This document shows, in pieces, positions 29,937 through 40,006 of a stretch of DNA of 64,000 nt. Source of the stretch: a virus. The notes below the pieces were generated by a model. That model ran no database searches and was not told the DNA's origin. It was given only the letters and a program-made list of their open reading frames with translations. The stretch lies in the IMG/VR virus record IMGVR_UViG_3300019124_000038, positions 32,001 to 96,000 of that record. One strand, 5' to 3'. A program made the translations under genes and the position numbers. Numbering within the stretch: the stretch's first letter is position 1; each line of letters starts with the position of its first letter.

Positions 29937-30254
29937 ATGCGGATGAACGGGAAGCCGTGGAATGAATCTTCACGAGAGTCTAAATCCCGAATCAACGGTT
30001 GGCGCATCCAAGATATGCGGAAGCACTTGGAGAATTATGACGCTGACCCCAGACAGAAGGAGCGCATTACACAACAAAGATGCAAATTCTGCTACTACGC
30101 TGGTAGCCAGTTGGGTCTTGCGGTAATCACGGTAGCCCCATGTGGTTGCTGTGGACAAGATCAGACCTATGGCTCATCAGCCATTGACACTCTCTGTGAG
30201 TCTTGTGCAGTCAATCATGATTGTTGCAAAGAGTGTGGCGGAGCAATGGATTAG
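29937..30254 (+). CDS. Cys-rich hypothetical protein
   Basis: CKFC, CGCC, CESC, CKEC motifs. Confidence 0.55.
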   Translation: MRMNGKPWNESSRESKSRINGWRIQDMRKHLENYDADPRQKERITQQRCKFCYYAGSQLGLAVITVAPCGCCGQDQTYGSSAIDTLCESCAVNHDCCKECGGAMD

Positions 30255-30264
30255 GCGGTGAACT

Positions 30265-30447
30265 ATGGGATACGGGCAAAATACAGGAACATTCATGCAC
30301 AAGGTTCGCAAACGCCGTCGAACACCGCCCAAATGGGTAATCTGCAAAGGGTGTAACTCAGCTATGAACAAGAGTGAAGCCAAGAAAAACGACTATCTAT
30401 GCGGCAGTTGCCAACGACTAGGTAAACTCGAAAAAGTGAAGGAGTGA
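30265..30447 (+). CDS. Small basic zinc-finger protein
   Basis: CKGC...CGSC; RBS AGGCGGTG. Confidence 0.45.
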   Translation: MGYGQNTGTFMHKVRKRRRTPPKWVICKGCNSAMNKSEAKKNDYLCGSCQRLGKLEKVKE

Positions 30448-30452
30448 GTGCA

Positions 30453-30599
30453 ATGGCTTGGGCAGAATGCGTTGACTGCGGCAAACCCTTGAAGGGAGAA
30501 CGGCTCCGCTGTGATCGTTGTCACGATAAGTATGACGACAACGACTTCCGCTACGGAGACCCGTATCTTCCGCCTTGGGGCGATTTAGATGACGAGTAG
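30453..30599 (+). CDS. Small zinc-finger protein (48 aa, not in ORF track)
   Basis: MAWAECVDCGKP...RCDRCH; RBS AAGGAG. Confidence 0.5.
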   Translation: MAWAECVDCGKPLKGERLRCDRCHDKYDDNDFRYGDPYLPPWGDLDDE

Positions 30600-30894
30600 C
30601 GTCAAAGAAACGACCGTAGTGAATATCCACCACAAGCTCCCCTACGATGTGTATATCGGTCGGGGGAGCAAGTGGGGGAACCCGTTCACGCACTTGAAAG
30701 GAACAAAAGCTCAACATGTTGTGGCGACAAGGGAGGAAGCAATTGCGCTCTACTGGGACTACCTATTCAGCAGACCCGACCTACTGAACTCCATCCATGA
30801 GCTAAAGGGCAAAGTCCTCGGGTGCTACTGTCATCCTCATGCTTGCCACGGTCATATCTTGGCTGAAATTGCAAATCTACTGGAGGTTGAATGA
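30589..30894 (+). CDS. DUF4326-family protein
   Basis: YDVYIGRGSKWGNPF...LKGKVLGCYCHPHACHGHIL. Confidence 0.8.
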   Translation: MTSSVKETTVVNIHHKLPYDVYIGRGSKWGNPFTHLKGTKAQHVVATREEAIALYWDYLFSRPDLLNSIHELKGKVLGCYCHPHACHGHILAEIANLLEVE

Positions 30895-31071
30895 GATGCC
30901 GATGATCGACTCCGATAAAGTTAAATCTGAATTGCAAGCTATTCTTGACAGCAATCGTGGTGGTTGCCTCTGCACCATGCGTGAAAGCTGTAGTGAATGT
31001 GACCCATACTCTAGTGGGCGACGGGTGAAGGATGCCCTGTACAAATACATCCAAAAATTGGGGGAAGCGTA

Positions 31072-31416
31072 ATGGCTATCACGACCTACAAATACACCCT
31101 AACGCCAAGCAACGGTATTACTGTCCTTGATCTGCCGCTTGGTGCGCGTGTTATCTCTGCAAAAAACCAATTCGACGAGGTTCAGGTGTGGGCAATCGTG
31201 AACTCTGACTTTCCAACTGAGCCACATGAGTTCTTGTGTGTAGGTACAGGATGGGAACTGTCTGGCGATATTTTTGATTTCGAACCTGTAGACACTGTTC
31301 TGACCCACGGCGGAAAACTCGTATGGCACGTTTTTCATCGCAGTCCTAATAAAAATCAAGACATCTTCGATATGGCAAGGCGTTTTCGTCAACCAATCGA
31401 CATTGAAATCGAATAA
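31072..31416 (+). CDS. Conserved phage hypothetical protein
   Basis: YKY.L...LPLGARVIS...Q...WA.V...VGTG...VWHVF pattern. Confidence 0.55.
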   Translation: MAITTYKYTLTPSNGITVLDLPLGARVISAKNQFDEVQVWAIVNSDFPTEPHEFLCVGTGWELSGDIFDFEPVDTVLTHGGKLVWHVFHRSPNKNQDIFDMARRFRQPIDIEIE

Positions 31417-31424
31417 AAAGAACC

Positions 31425-31453
31425 TTGCCAAAAGTTAGATGCTATAATATACT
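31425..31453 (+). promoter_or_regulatory. SigA-type promoter upstream of primase unit
   Basis: TTGCCA-N17-TATACT, overlapped by TATAAT. Confidence 0.65.
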
Positions 31454-31685
31454 TGTCTTACAACAAACGAGAGGGTGAGATGAAATGGTCTTCTGTATTT
31501 TAATGGCAATCCCCCTTGCTGGTGTGTCTGGTTTTCTCTGGTGGCGTGTTGTTGAGGGCATCCGCTACGGAGACTATGATGCGGCAGATATGATAGGACT
31601 GTGCACTTCAGGTCTTGTTATAACAGGATTTTTTGCCGCATGTGTGCAACAAATCGTTGACTTGGCTGGATAGGAGTGGAATGAA

Positions 31686-32885
31686 ATGGCAGACTTCACG
31701 GTGGTCAAGGAGCTGATTCGGGAATCCATCGACCCCGTGCTCCTGCTGGAATACTACGGAGTGGACGTTCCAAACCGTAATTTCCGATACGGCGCGATTC
31801 GTTGCCCATGCCCGATTCACGGCGGGGATAACGAAACAGGATTCGGTTTCGATCTTAACAACAAACAGTTCACTTGCTTCACCAAGGGTTGCGGCGGTAG
31901 TCCCGAGGACTGGTGGTTCGTTCCGAAACAAGGCGGCGTGTCACGCGACATCTACCTCTTCATCAAGCTGATGGAGGAACGCAAAGCGCGGGAAGAAGGG
32001 CGAAGAAATTATGTTTGCCCCTTTCCGCAAGCACTGGAGATCGCGTCTCAATTGGCAGGAATCCCAATTGACGAATCAACGTCTTCCTATAATAAGGAGA
32101 TGCTTGACAAGCTCGACAACCAACGGTTCATCCGTCAAATGAATCGCATCCAGCAAGACGTAGAGCTTGACCCGATCAATGAAGACGAAATCGAAATATT
32201 CAAAGCACACTTGCCAATGTGTGAGTATGCAGAGACTCGTAACTTCTCTGAAGATATCGTAGAGCTGTTTGAGTGGGGCTACTCTCATGATGGTGTAGAT
32301 GAGCCTTGGGCATCTGGAAAACAGGATTTTGATGGTCGCCTGATCTTCCCTGTAAGAGATGACAACGGTGTGTTGGTAGGGTGGTCGGGTCGCCTTGCTA
32401 CACAGGACAAGGTACGCATCAAGAAGTATGGCAAGTGGAGACACATGCTGGACTTCGAGAAGGGCTTTGTTCTATACAACTACGACAAGGCAAAAGAGTT
32501 CGTCGAAGAGATGAAGGAACTGATCTTGGTAGAAGGGCCTTTCGACGTTCAAAGGCTATGGTCTTATGGCATTTACAATGTAGTAGCTGTCATGGGGGCA
32601 TCGTTAACCCCTGAGCAGTTGTCAATCGCAATCTCATCTGCATTCAAAATCCACATCTGGCTAGATGGCGACGGCGCGGGGGAAAGCGGGTCAAACCGAA
32701 TTGGTAAACAACTCTTGCCCTATGTCAACGTATACCAGATCAAAACAGAGAAAGACCCCGACGATCTCACGTTTGATGAAGCATGGGATGCACTCAGCAA
32801 GGCAGAGAGGTTCATACCAAAGGAGGAGAAGCGAGATGCCAGAAGTACGACTGGAAATCGGCGCAACGGTTACAAGCCACGGTGA
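31686..32885 (+). CDS. dnaG: DNA primase (CHC2 zinc finger + TOPRIM)
   Basis: CPCPIHGGDN...CFTKGCG; GRLIFPVRD..G.LVGWSGR; LVEGPFDV; LDGDGAG; KDPDD. Confidence 0.92.
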   Translation: MADFTVVKELIRESIDPVLLLEYYGVDVPNRNFRYGAIRCPCPIHGGDNETGFGFDLNNKQFTCFTKGCGGSPEDWWFVPKQGGVSRDIYLFIKLMEERKAREEGRRNYVCPFPQALEIASQLAGIPIDESTSSYNKEMLDKLDNQRFIRQMNRIQQDVELDPINEDEIEIFKAHLPMCEYAETRNFSEDIVELFEWGYSHDGVDEPWASGKQDFDGRLIFPVRDDNGVLVGWSGRLATQDKVRIKKYGKWRHMLDFEKGFVLYNYDKAKEFVEEMKELILVEGPFDVQRLWSYGIYNVVAVMGASLTPEQLSIAISSAFKIHIWLDGDGAGESGSNRIGKQLLPYVNVYQIKTEKDPDDLTFDEAWDALSKAERFIPKEEKRDARSTTGNRRNGYKPR

Positions 32886-33156
32886 ACGATGGGTTCTCTC
32901 GTTTGAGACTATCGACGGCAAGTGGTTTGCCCGTAAGGAGAATCACCCCGCCATTACCACGACGCTTGACCCTGACGAGATTGAGGGTGAGGAGTAGATG
33001 TGGCAGGAGGAGTTGCTGAATATTGCGAGGGAGTTTAAACAAGTAGAGCTTCATCAATTTATGAGTCTTGATAAGCTCGATCAGTATCTTTCAGATAAGG
33101 CAAAACAGATCGAAGAAATCGTGCAACAAAACCGATAATCAAGGAGGTAGAGTAAA

Positions 33157-33591
33157 ATGTTCTACGCTAAGTACAAAGAAGAAATCATGGGTCTCATCAA
33201 GGATGCAATGAAGGAGCGAAACACAGTAGTTCTGAACACCTATCGCGGTTTGAAGAATGCCGTAGACACAGCGGCAAAAGAAAAGATGGCTGAACTCACT
33301 TCTGATGAGTTCGACGCAGTTGTGATGCGTGAAGTCAAAGCGTATCGAGATACATTGGATGCGGCGCAAAAACTGGAGAGATATGATATCATTGCTGACT
33401 GCACCTATTCTCTGGATATGCTGAAATACTTCATGCCAGATCAAGCAACGGAGGAGGAAATCCGTGCCTACCTCCAGCGTCTCACTGTAACAAATATAGG
33501 GCAAGCTATGTCAGCCATGAAGTTGAAATTCGATGGTCGCGCCGACATGAAAGTTGTTGCGTCTATTGTCAAGGAGCATCTTCAAAACTAG
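33157..33591 (+). CDS. GatB/YqeY-domain protein
   Basis: IKDAMKER...YFMPDQATEEEI...NIGQAMSAMKLKFDGRADMKVVASIVK. Confidence 0.8.
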   Translation: MFYAKYKEEIMGLIKDAMKERNTVVLNTYRGLKNAVDTAAKEKMAELTSDEFDAVVMREVKAYRDTLDAAQKLERYDIIADCTYSLDMLKYFMPDQATEEEIRAYLQRLTVTNIGQAMSAMKLKFDGRADMKVVASIVKEHLQN

Positions 33592-33597
33592 CATCCC

Positions 33598-33626
33598 TTG
33601 ACAAAGTTCTAGACTGATAGTATAAT
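33598..33626 (+). promoter_or_regulatory. SigA-type promoter for ssb
   Basis: TTGACA-N17-TATAAT. Confidence 0.85.
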
Positions 33627-33660
33627 ACATGTATAATATAATAGAGGAGAGATTACCACA

Positions 33661-33984
33661 ATGTCCCATTACCAACGCATGGAACTGAAAGGTGTGGCGC
33701 GTGACGCACACGAAAGTTTCCCGATTCGATTCGATTACTCTGATAAGAATACTGCATTCTTCATCGGTTGCAAGGTTGAGTCGAATATCGAGTACCCGAA
33801 CGGCGATACGTTCCCTCGCGACATGGAAATCCGCGCCTTCGGTGAAACCGCAGAATCCCTTGCCCATGTGCAAGCTGGTGATGAAATCACCGTAGCTGGT
33901 CGGTACGAGATGAAGAAAGTCGAGAAAGACGGCAAGACTCGCTACTACCCGATTGTTACGGTCGATACCGTGATCGAAGCCTAA
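33661..33984 (+). CDS. ssb: Single-stranded DNA-binding protein (OB fold, no acidic tail)
   Basis: L.G.ARD...IRAFGETAE...GDEITVAGR...EKDGKTRY. Confidence 0.7.
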   Translation: MSHYQRMELKGVARDAHESFPIRFDYSDKNTAFFIGCKVESNIEYPNGDTFPRDMEIRAFGETAESLAHVQAGDEITVAGRYEMKKVEKDGKTRYYPIVTVDTVIEA

Positions 33985-34263
33985 CAGTGATCTTGTAACA
34001 CTAAGGCTTTTCACGCGAAGCTAAATGGGGAAATGAGGCGAGTTTATGGAGAAAGAAATGTACATGCAGTACCGAGAAGAGAAGTGGGAGCAATTTTTCT
34101 CTGTGATGAGCAGACATTTCTCTTATAGTGTAGATGAGCAACTATTGCTGAAATTAGGCTTTATGAAAGGACTAGACACCGCAACAAAAGGTGGGCAATT
34201 TGTCAACCGATAGACTAAATGGAAGCTCAAAAAGGGCTTCCTCTCTAATTTCAAGGAGGAATC

Positions 34264-35052
34264 ATGGTGAATACAGTAGCAACTAATGTGGCCGATATCC
34301 TGAAACATCTAACCGTAGGCGAAGCACAGGCATTCGTGAACGCAAGCAACAAGATTGCTCAAGCGAATCGCTATAAAATGGATGAGATTATTGTCGTCGC
34401 TCCCACCGCAAAAGTGTTCGAAGATGAAGATGGCGTAACCAACGCGTACTACTTCCAAGGTATCAACGACTCTCTGGAACTGACTGCCCGTGTGCTGACA
34501 AATTTCGCAGATAATGTTACGTTCATGCGGCGGGGCACAGCAGAAGAAGACCCGAGTTTCAAACAGCTCATTCCATATACTCTTGTGACCAAGTACAACG
34601 AGAAGGCAGAGCCATCTGTCTTTGTCTATGAGCGTCTGTCTGCTGGTGGTGAAGCACGTCTGCACGGGAAGCTCTCTGTTGGTGTAGGTGGTCACATGAA
34701 TCAAATTTTCGATGCTTTCTCTGTTGATGGGACGATCTGCGAAGAAGCCAGACGTGAACTCTTCGAGGAGCTGAACTTCGTTGCAGAAGGCGGTGAGGAA
34801 CAACTATATGATGGTTGTGTTCTCAGCTTGATGGGTCTTATCAACGACGACAATGATCCCGTAGGCAAGGTTCATCTTGGTGTTCTGACTGAACTTGTCA
34901 TCGTAGATGAATCAATCAATGTCAGTGTCAGTGAAACAGATCAGCTTCGTGGCGGCTGGATGACGCTTGAAGAATTGCTGGAGCCAGCTAATTTTGAGCG
35001 TTTGGAATCTTGGTCAAAACTGGCTATGATGCTTCTTGTCAAGAGATCGTAG
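34264..35052 (+). CDS. NUDIX-fold phosphoesterase
   Basis: RRGTAEEDPSFKQLIPY, GEARLHGKLSVGVGGH, RRELFEEL, GLIND...VGKVHLG. Confidence 0.8.
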   Translation: MVNTVATNVADILKHLTVGEAQAFVNASNKIAQANRYKMDEIIVVAPTAKVFEDEDGVTNAYYFQGINDSLELTARVLTNFADNVTFMRRGTAEEDPSFKQLIPYTLVTKYNEKAEPSVFVYERLSAGGEARLHGKLSVGVGGHMNQIFDAFSVDGTICEEARRELFEELNFVAEGGEEQLYDGCVLSLMGLINDDNDPVGKVHLGVLTELVIVDESINVSVSETDQLRGGWMTLEELLEPANFERLESWSKLAMMLLVKRS

Positions 35053-35066
35053 GAGAGTGACGGCAG

Positions 35067-35600
35067 ATGGCGAATCGTTCAGAGCGCGATATGGCGATCG
35101 ACAAGGTAGCACCCGAGTTCATCGAAAAACTGGTTGAGTGGATTGCGAACGAAAAAATGAATCTTGATGACTTCATTGCTAATCCACAGGGGCATGTGAT
35201 GTATAATCCATATATTGATGTGGACTTTGACATGCTGGCTATGCGAAGCGAGATGCTTAATCAAGTTATTGGTGGATTGCGCGTTATTATCGCTTTTAAA
35301 AATGGGAATCCCGATGTAACTCGCGCAATGCACGATCTTGCTCTGGACAGTATGCCATATCAAGTATTCGACCGACTCGTTGAATGGATTGATAGAATGC
35401 ACAGAAGTATGACAGGTAATGTCGATCTGCCATTGAAAGACTACGGAGAACTCATTTCTTTCAATCGTGAAAGGTATGAGGAAGACATGCGTAAGCATGT
35501 TGATGCGCTTGAAGGTCTGCGGATTGTGCAAGAGTTCGGGCGGGAGACACAGATGAGTGTTGCGGGCGCAGAAAATTTTGCGAAAGGAACTCTCTACTAA
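35067..35600 (+). CDS. Hypothetical protein
   Basis: ORF with RBS AGGAG in co-oriented run. Confidence 0.55.
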   Translation: MANRSERDMAIDKVAPEFIEKLVEWIANEKMNLDDFIANPQGHVMYNPYIDVDFDMLAMRSEMLNQVIGGLRVIIAFKNGNPDVTRAMHDLALDSMPYQVFDRLVEWIDRMHRSMTGNVDLPLKDYGELISFNRERYEEDMRKHVDALEGLRIVQEFGRETQMSVAGAENFAKGTLY

Positions 35601-35851
35601 TGGACAAAACAAAGCTGGTTGTCGGGTTGTTTTTAGCGGCTTCACTAGTTACTGCTGGATGTGCAACCAATACTGATTCTAGCGATGACTGTGAAGATAA
35701 AAACGAGCAGGTATGTGAACAGGATTCATCTTCATCTGGCTATGTTAAGCCTTCATCTTCTTCTGGTCATAAGTCTAGTATATCGTCTGGCCGATCTTCC
35801 TCTGGAGCGAAGGGCGGGGTCGGGCGTAGCTCGGGAGGAAGTAGCTCATAA
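35600..35851 (+). CDS. Small lipoprotein with Ser/Gly-rich tail
   Basis: Signal peptide with lipobox LVTAG-C; Ser/Gly low-complexity C-terminus. Confidence 0.65.
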   Translation: MDKTKLVVGLFLAASLVTAGCATNTDSSDDCEDKNEQVCEQDSSSSGYVKPSSSSGHKSSISSGRSSSGAKGGVGRSSGGSSS

Positions 35852-35855
35852 GGAA

Positions 35856-35902
35856 CAGGGCAAGGTTTATTCCTTGTCCTTTTTCTCGTTTCGTGATATA
35901 AT
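35856..35902 (+). promoter_or_regulatory. Terminator hairpin overlapping dnaE promoter
   Basis: AGGGCAAGG/CCTTGTCCT+T-run; TTGTCC-N17-TATAAT with extended -10 TG. Confidence 0.65.
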
Positions 35903-35989
35903 ATACTTATAATACAGGAGAGAAACCGCGTTGAACCTCCCAAGATGACTTGCCAAGTATCTCAATCCTACAGAAAGGGAAGTGAATAT

Positions 35990-38900
35990 ATGCGAGAGCC
36001 ATTCGCGGTATTGGACTCTGGAGTTTTCCGAGTCGTAAGTTACCGCAACCTCCATCTTCATACAGACGCTTCGCATCTTGACGGTCTGAACGATATCGAC
36101 AACCTCATAAAGCGTCTGAAAGAGATCGGTCATGATGTGTGCGCGATCACCGACCACGGCAATATGCACAATGCACTCAAATTCTACCAAGAGTGTATCA
36201 ACAATGGAATCAAGCCATTGCTCGGTTTCGAAGCCTACATGTTCCATGACCACACCCTGCGAAACATCGAGGACATTCGGGCTATCGTAGCAGAAGCAGA
36301 CGATGACTTCTTAGCAGTAGAGTCGCATCTTGTACTCTTGGCTAAAGACTTCACGGGTTATCAGAACCTCATGCGTCTGACTTCTATTGGCTACCGATAC
36401 GGCTTCTACAAACGCCCTCACATCGACTTCAACCTGTTGAAGCAGTACAGCGAAGGGGTCATCGTTATCAACGGTCACGTTGGTACGGATGTGGCGAAGG
36501 CGGCAGAGCGTCATTGCAATCCAGTGTCCGCTCTGGAGAAGTCCCTGAACGGCGAAATTGTTCGATTGAATCAAGAAAAGTATGTTAAGCAAGCGTGGAA
36601 GTTCTCTCCGAGACTATTCGACTTAGAAGGTCTGGACTTATTGGAAGAGAACGAGCGCATGTTTGCCATTAACATGCTATTTGAGAAGATCAAGAGCGAT
36701 GCCGTTATGGTCGAAAAATTGATCGCATGGGAAAAAGAAATGTACGCCAAGCGTGAGCTTGAACGGGTCTACGAACTCAATCGAAAGTATCTGGAGGTCT
36801 TTGGTGAGGACTACTACCTCGAAATCCAGAACCACGGATTGAATATTGAATACCAAGTATCGCCAATCATTTTACAGTCGGCGCGAGACTTGGGAATCAA
36901 AGTAGTCGCCACGAACGACTCCCACTACACTTGGCGTACTGACGCAGATGCTCACCGCGTTCACATTTCGAACGGCATCGGTAAGACTCTCGAAGAGTTC
37001 TATGCCGCTGACTTTGAAGGCTTCGCTACTTGCGACGAGTTCTATGTCAAGTCTGACGAAGAAATGTCCCAAGCACTTTGGGAGTACGGTGAAGAAGGTC
37101 TGCAAGCACTCGCAAACACTTGGGAGATTGTTAACAAGTGTAATGTCGAGATTCCAGCAATCGAGTTTGGCGGAGCGGAATATAGCGAAAAGAAAGGCAA
37201 GATGGTAGGGAATTGGAAGACAAAGGAGCACCTGTTCCCGCACTTCGAGATTCCAGCACCATATGCAGACGCTACCGCATACTTTAAGTACCTCTCACAG
37301 AAAGGCTTGGAGCAACGCATTCTTGATGGCGAATGTGATCTTGAAAACTTCGATCTGGCGCAATACCAGCAACGTCTCGACTACGAGATCGGAGTCATCG
37401 AGAACATGGGATTCCCGACATACTTCCTCATTCTGTGGGATGTAATCGACTTCTGTGCAAAGAACGATATCCCTGTTGGTAAAGGTCGCGGCTCTGGTGC
37501 TGGCTCACTGGTTGCCTACGCGCTCCGTATCACGGACGTAGACCCGCTCCCATACCAACTCCTGTTCGAACGATTCCTCAACCCAAGCCGTATCTCTCTG
37601 CCTGATATTGACACTGACTTCTGCTACGAACGAGTTGGCGAAGTCATTGACTATATCAAAGAGAAGTACGGAGAAGACCATGTTTGCATCATCGGTACTT
37701 TCGGTACGCTTGGATGTAAGGCGGTTCTCAAAGATGTCGCTCGGGTACTCGACTATCCGTTCGACAAGATCAATGCGATCACCCGCCAGATCACCGATCT
37801 TGATATTACAGTCAAGAAGGCAATTGAGAAGTACGATGCAATCCGTGACGTTGTAGCAAACGATACTGAACTCCAACGCATCGTGAACATTGCTATTCGT
37901 CTTGAAGGTCTACAACGGCATACTTCCCAACATGCGGCTGGTGTAATCATCTCTCCGTTCCCGATCACGGAATTGATGCCTGTCAAGGTTACGAAGGATG
38001 GTACGCTGGTCTCTCAGTATGATATGGGAGACTGCGAACTGCTCGGGTTCGTTAAATACGATTTCCTGAAACTTCGCACTCTGACCATCATCAAAGACAC
38101 CACTAATAGCATTGAGAGACTGACTGGCGAAGTCATTGATATTAACAAGATTCCGTTTAATGATCCGAAAGTCTTCGCTGAGTTTCAACGGGGCAATACG
38201 GTTGGTATCTTCCAGTTTGAATCAGACGGTATGCAACGACTTCTGCGCGGGATGAAGCCAAAAAGCATGGACGATCTTTCTGCGGCAAACGCTCTCTACC
38301 GTCCCGGCCCTTTGGACTTTAAGGTAGAAGACCCGAATGATCCGAACTTTGGCAAGACGATGGTAGAGGTATATGTTGACCGCGCTAATGGCACTGTGCC
38401 TGTTGTCTATGATCACCCTCTGCTAATGCAAGTGCAGGGTGAGACCTACGGGGTATTCGTATTCCAAGAACAGGTCATGAAAGCGTCAGTGGTGCTTGCA
38501 GGGTTCACACTCCCTGAGTCTGATGAATTGCGTAAGGTCGTAGGTAAGAAGCTGATGGAGAAGATGCCTGAGCAACGCGACAAGTTTATTGGTGGATGCC
38601 TGAACAACCCTGAGTTCATTAACGGATGCAAAGACATGGGGAAAGAAGCTGGAGAGGTTGCGCTGGTCATCTGGTTGCAGATCGAAACCTTCGGTCGGTA
38701 CGGTTTCAACCGCTCTCACTCAACTGCCTACGCGATTCTGGCATACCAGTCGATGTACCTGAAAGTCTACTACCCGACGCACTTCATGGCATCGGTTCTG
38801 ACCTCTTGGATGGGCAAGAAGATTGAGCAGATGGTTCCGTACCTGAATGAAGCACGAGCAATGGGAATTAGGATTCTGCCACCCGATGTGAACCAATCGA

Positions 38901-40006
38901 CCAATAAGTTTGAGGTATCGCGTGATGGTAATGGCATCCACTTCGGTCTTAAAGGTATCCAAGGCGTAGGCGATGCGGCGATCAAGAACATTCTTGATAT
39001 TCGCGAACGTCACAATATTCGCTCGATGGTAGACTTCCTGTTGCTGACCGACTCGTCTGTCAACAAGACGGTAGTAACAGCACTCATCAAGTGTGGCGCA
39101 TTTGACTCCCTTGGCTACAACCGCAAGACCTTGCTCACAGCGGCAGAAGACTTGCTGGCACTCCGCTCTAAGGCGAAGCAACGCATCTCGCAGAACAAGA
39201 AGCGCAAGAACCCTGAGACTGATATCAGTAAGTTCTTTGATCCTCTCTACGACTACGAGATCGTGAAGCATTATGAGTTCCCATTTGAAGAACTCTGCCA
39301 GATGGAACGAGAATTGACTGGATTCTACATGGCGCATCATCCTCTGGACGGTTTAGTTCCGTACATCCGTCACTATACTACACACTCGTCGGCTGAGATC
39401 AACGAAGGCGTGTTTGTAGGTTACGAAGAAGATGAAATGTCCAATGTGTATCAAGCTGAACTCGCCCCGCTAACAGACGACAGTGACACCCTGACTCCGA
39501 TCTACGAAAAACTCCCGAAAGGGCGCACGGTTATCTTCGGTGGCTTCATCAAGCAACGGAAGGAGATCACGATTGGTAAAGGGCGCAACAAAGGGAAGAC
39601 AATGCTGTCATTCATCGTAGAAGACGCATACCAAGGCGACGTTCGCTGTACGGCGTTCTTTGAAGAGTACGCCAAGTATAAACTGGCTCTCCAAGAAGGC
39701 AATGCGGTGCTCATTAAGGGTCACATCGACTACTATCATGACAAAGCACAAGTCAACATCAGTGATGTAGCTTCGGTTAACCGCGAGAAGGTACGGGTAT
39801 GGGAAGAGGAAGAAAAGCGCTATAGCAGTCAAAAAATTGACCGTGAAGAGATCGTTTGTGAACTGGAGAATCTGACTGAGGATATCCGTCTTTGCGAGGA
39901 GTGCATTCAACTCTTGGGAGATGATGCAGACCAACTCAGCGCAGTAACGGAGGAGTTAGTGACCATGTACGAACGCAAAGATCAACTGGAGGGGCTTCTG
40001 AAATGA
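35990..40006 (+). CDS. dnaE: DNA polymerase III alpha subunit (family C)
   Basis: PHP domain LHLHT..S.LDG, AITDHG; GRGSGAGSLVAY; PDIDTDF; HAAGV; KYDFL; FQFES; YGFNRSH; C-terminal OB fold. Confidence 0.97.
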   Translation: MREPFAVLDSGVFRVVSYRNLHLHTDASHLDGLNDIDNLIKRLKEIGHDVCAITDHGNMHNALKFYQECINNGIKPLLGFEAYMFHDHTLRNIEDIRAIVAEADDDFLAVESHLVLLAKDFTGYQNLMRLTSIGYRYGFYKRPHIDFNLLKQYSEGVIVINGHVGTDVAKAAERHCNPVSALEKSLNGEIVRLNQEKYVKQAWKFSPRLFDLEGLDLLEENERMFAINMLFEKIKSDAVMVEKLIAWEKEMYAKRELERVYELNRKYLEVFGEDYYLEIQNHGLNIEYQVSPIILQSARDLGIKVVATNDSHYTWRTDADAHRVHISNGIGKTLEEFYAADFEGFATCDEFYVKSDEEMSQALWEYGEEGLQALANTWEIVNKCNVEIPAIEFGGAEYSEKKGKMVGNWKTKEHLFPHFEIPAPYADATAYFKYLSQKGLEQRILDGECDLENFDLAQYQQRLDYEIGVIENMGFPTYFLILWDVIDFCAKNDIPVGKGRGSGAGSLVAYALRITDVDPLPYQLLFERFLNPSRISLPDIDTDFCYERVGEVIDYIKEKYGEDHVCIIGTFGTLGCKAVLKDVARVLDYPFDKINAITRQITDLDITVKKAIEKYDAIRDVVANDTELQRIVNIAIRLEGLQRHTSQHAAGVIISPFPITELMPVKVTKDGTLVSQYDMGDCELLGFVKYDFLKLRTLTIIKDTTNSIERLTGEVIDINKIPFNDPKVFAEFQRGNTVGIFQFESDGMQRLLRGMKPKSMDDLSAANALYRPGPLDFKVEDPNDPNFGKTMVEVYVDRANGTVPVVYDHPLLMQVQGETYGVFVFQEQVMKASVVLAGFTLPESDELRKVVGKKLMEKMPEQRDKFIGGCLNNPEFINGCKDMGKEAGEVALVIWLQIETFGRYGFNRSHSTAYAILAYQSMYLKVYYPTHFMASVLTSWMGKKIEQMVPYLNEARAMGIRILPPDVNQSTNKFEVSRDGNGIHFGLKGIQGVGDAAIKNILDIRERHNIRSMVDFLLLTDSSVNKTVVTALIKCGAFDSLGYNRKTLLTAAEDLLALRSKAKQRISQNKKRKNPETDISKFFDPLYDYEIVKHYEFPFEELCQMERELTGFYMAHHPLDGLVPYIRHYTTHSSAEINEGVFVGYEEDEMSNVYQAELAPLTDDSDTLTPIYEKLPKGRTVIFGGFIKQRKEITIGKGRNKGKTMLSFIVEDAYQGDVRCTAFFEEYAKYKLALQEGNAVLIKGHIDYYHDKAQVNISDVASVNREKVRVWEEEEKRYSSQKIDREEIVCELENLTEDIRLCEECIQLLGDDADQLSAVTEELVTMYERKDQLEGLLK

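Noticed and set aside
29032-29973. Long minus-strand ORFs (313 aa here; also 45024..45821, 60069..60833, 38720..39340 and others)
   Set aside because: They lie antisense to well-supported + strand genes and show no recognisable motifs; treated as shadow ORFs.
35990-40006. Possible intein in DnaE (also considered for RecA, DnaB, NrdE)
   Set aside because: No Cys/Ser...His-Asn splice junctions or LAGLIDADG motifs; the inserts are too short.
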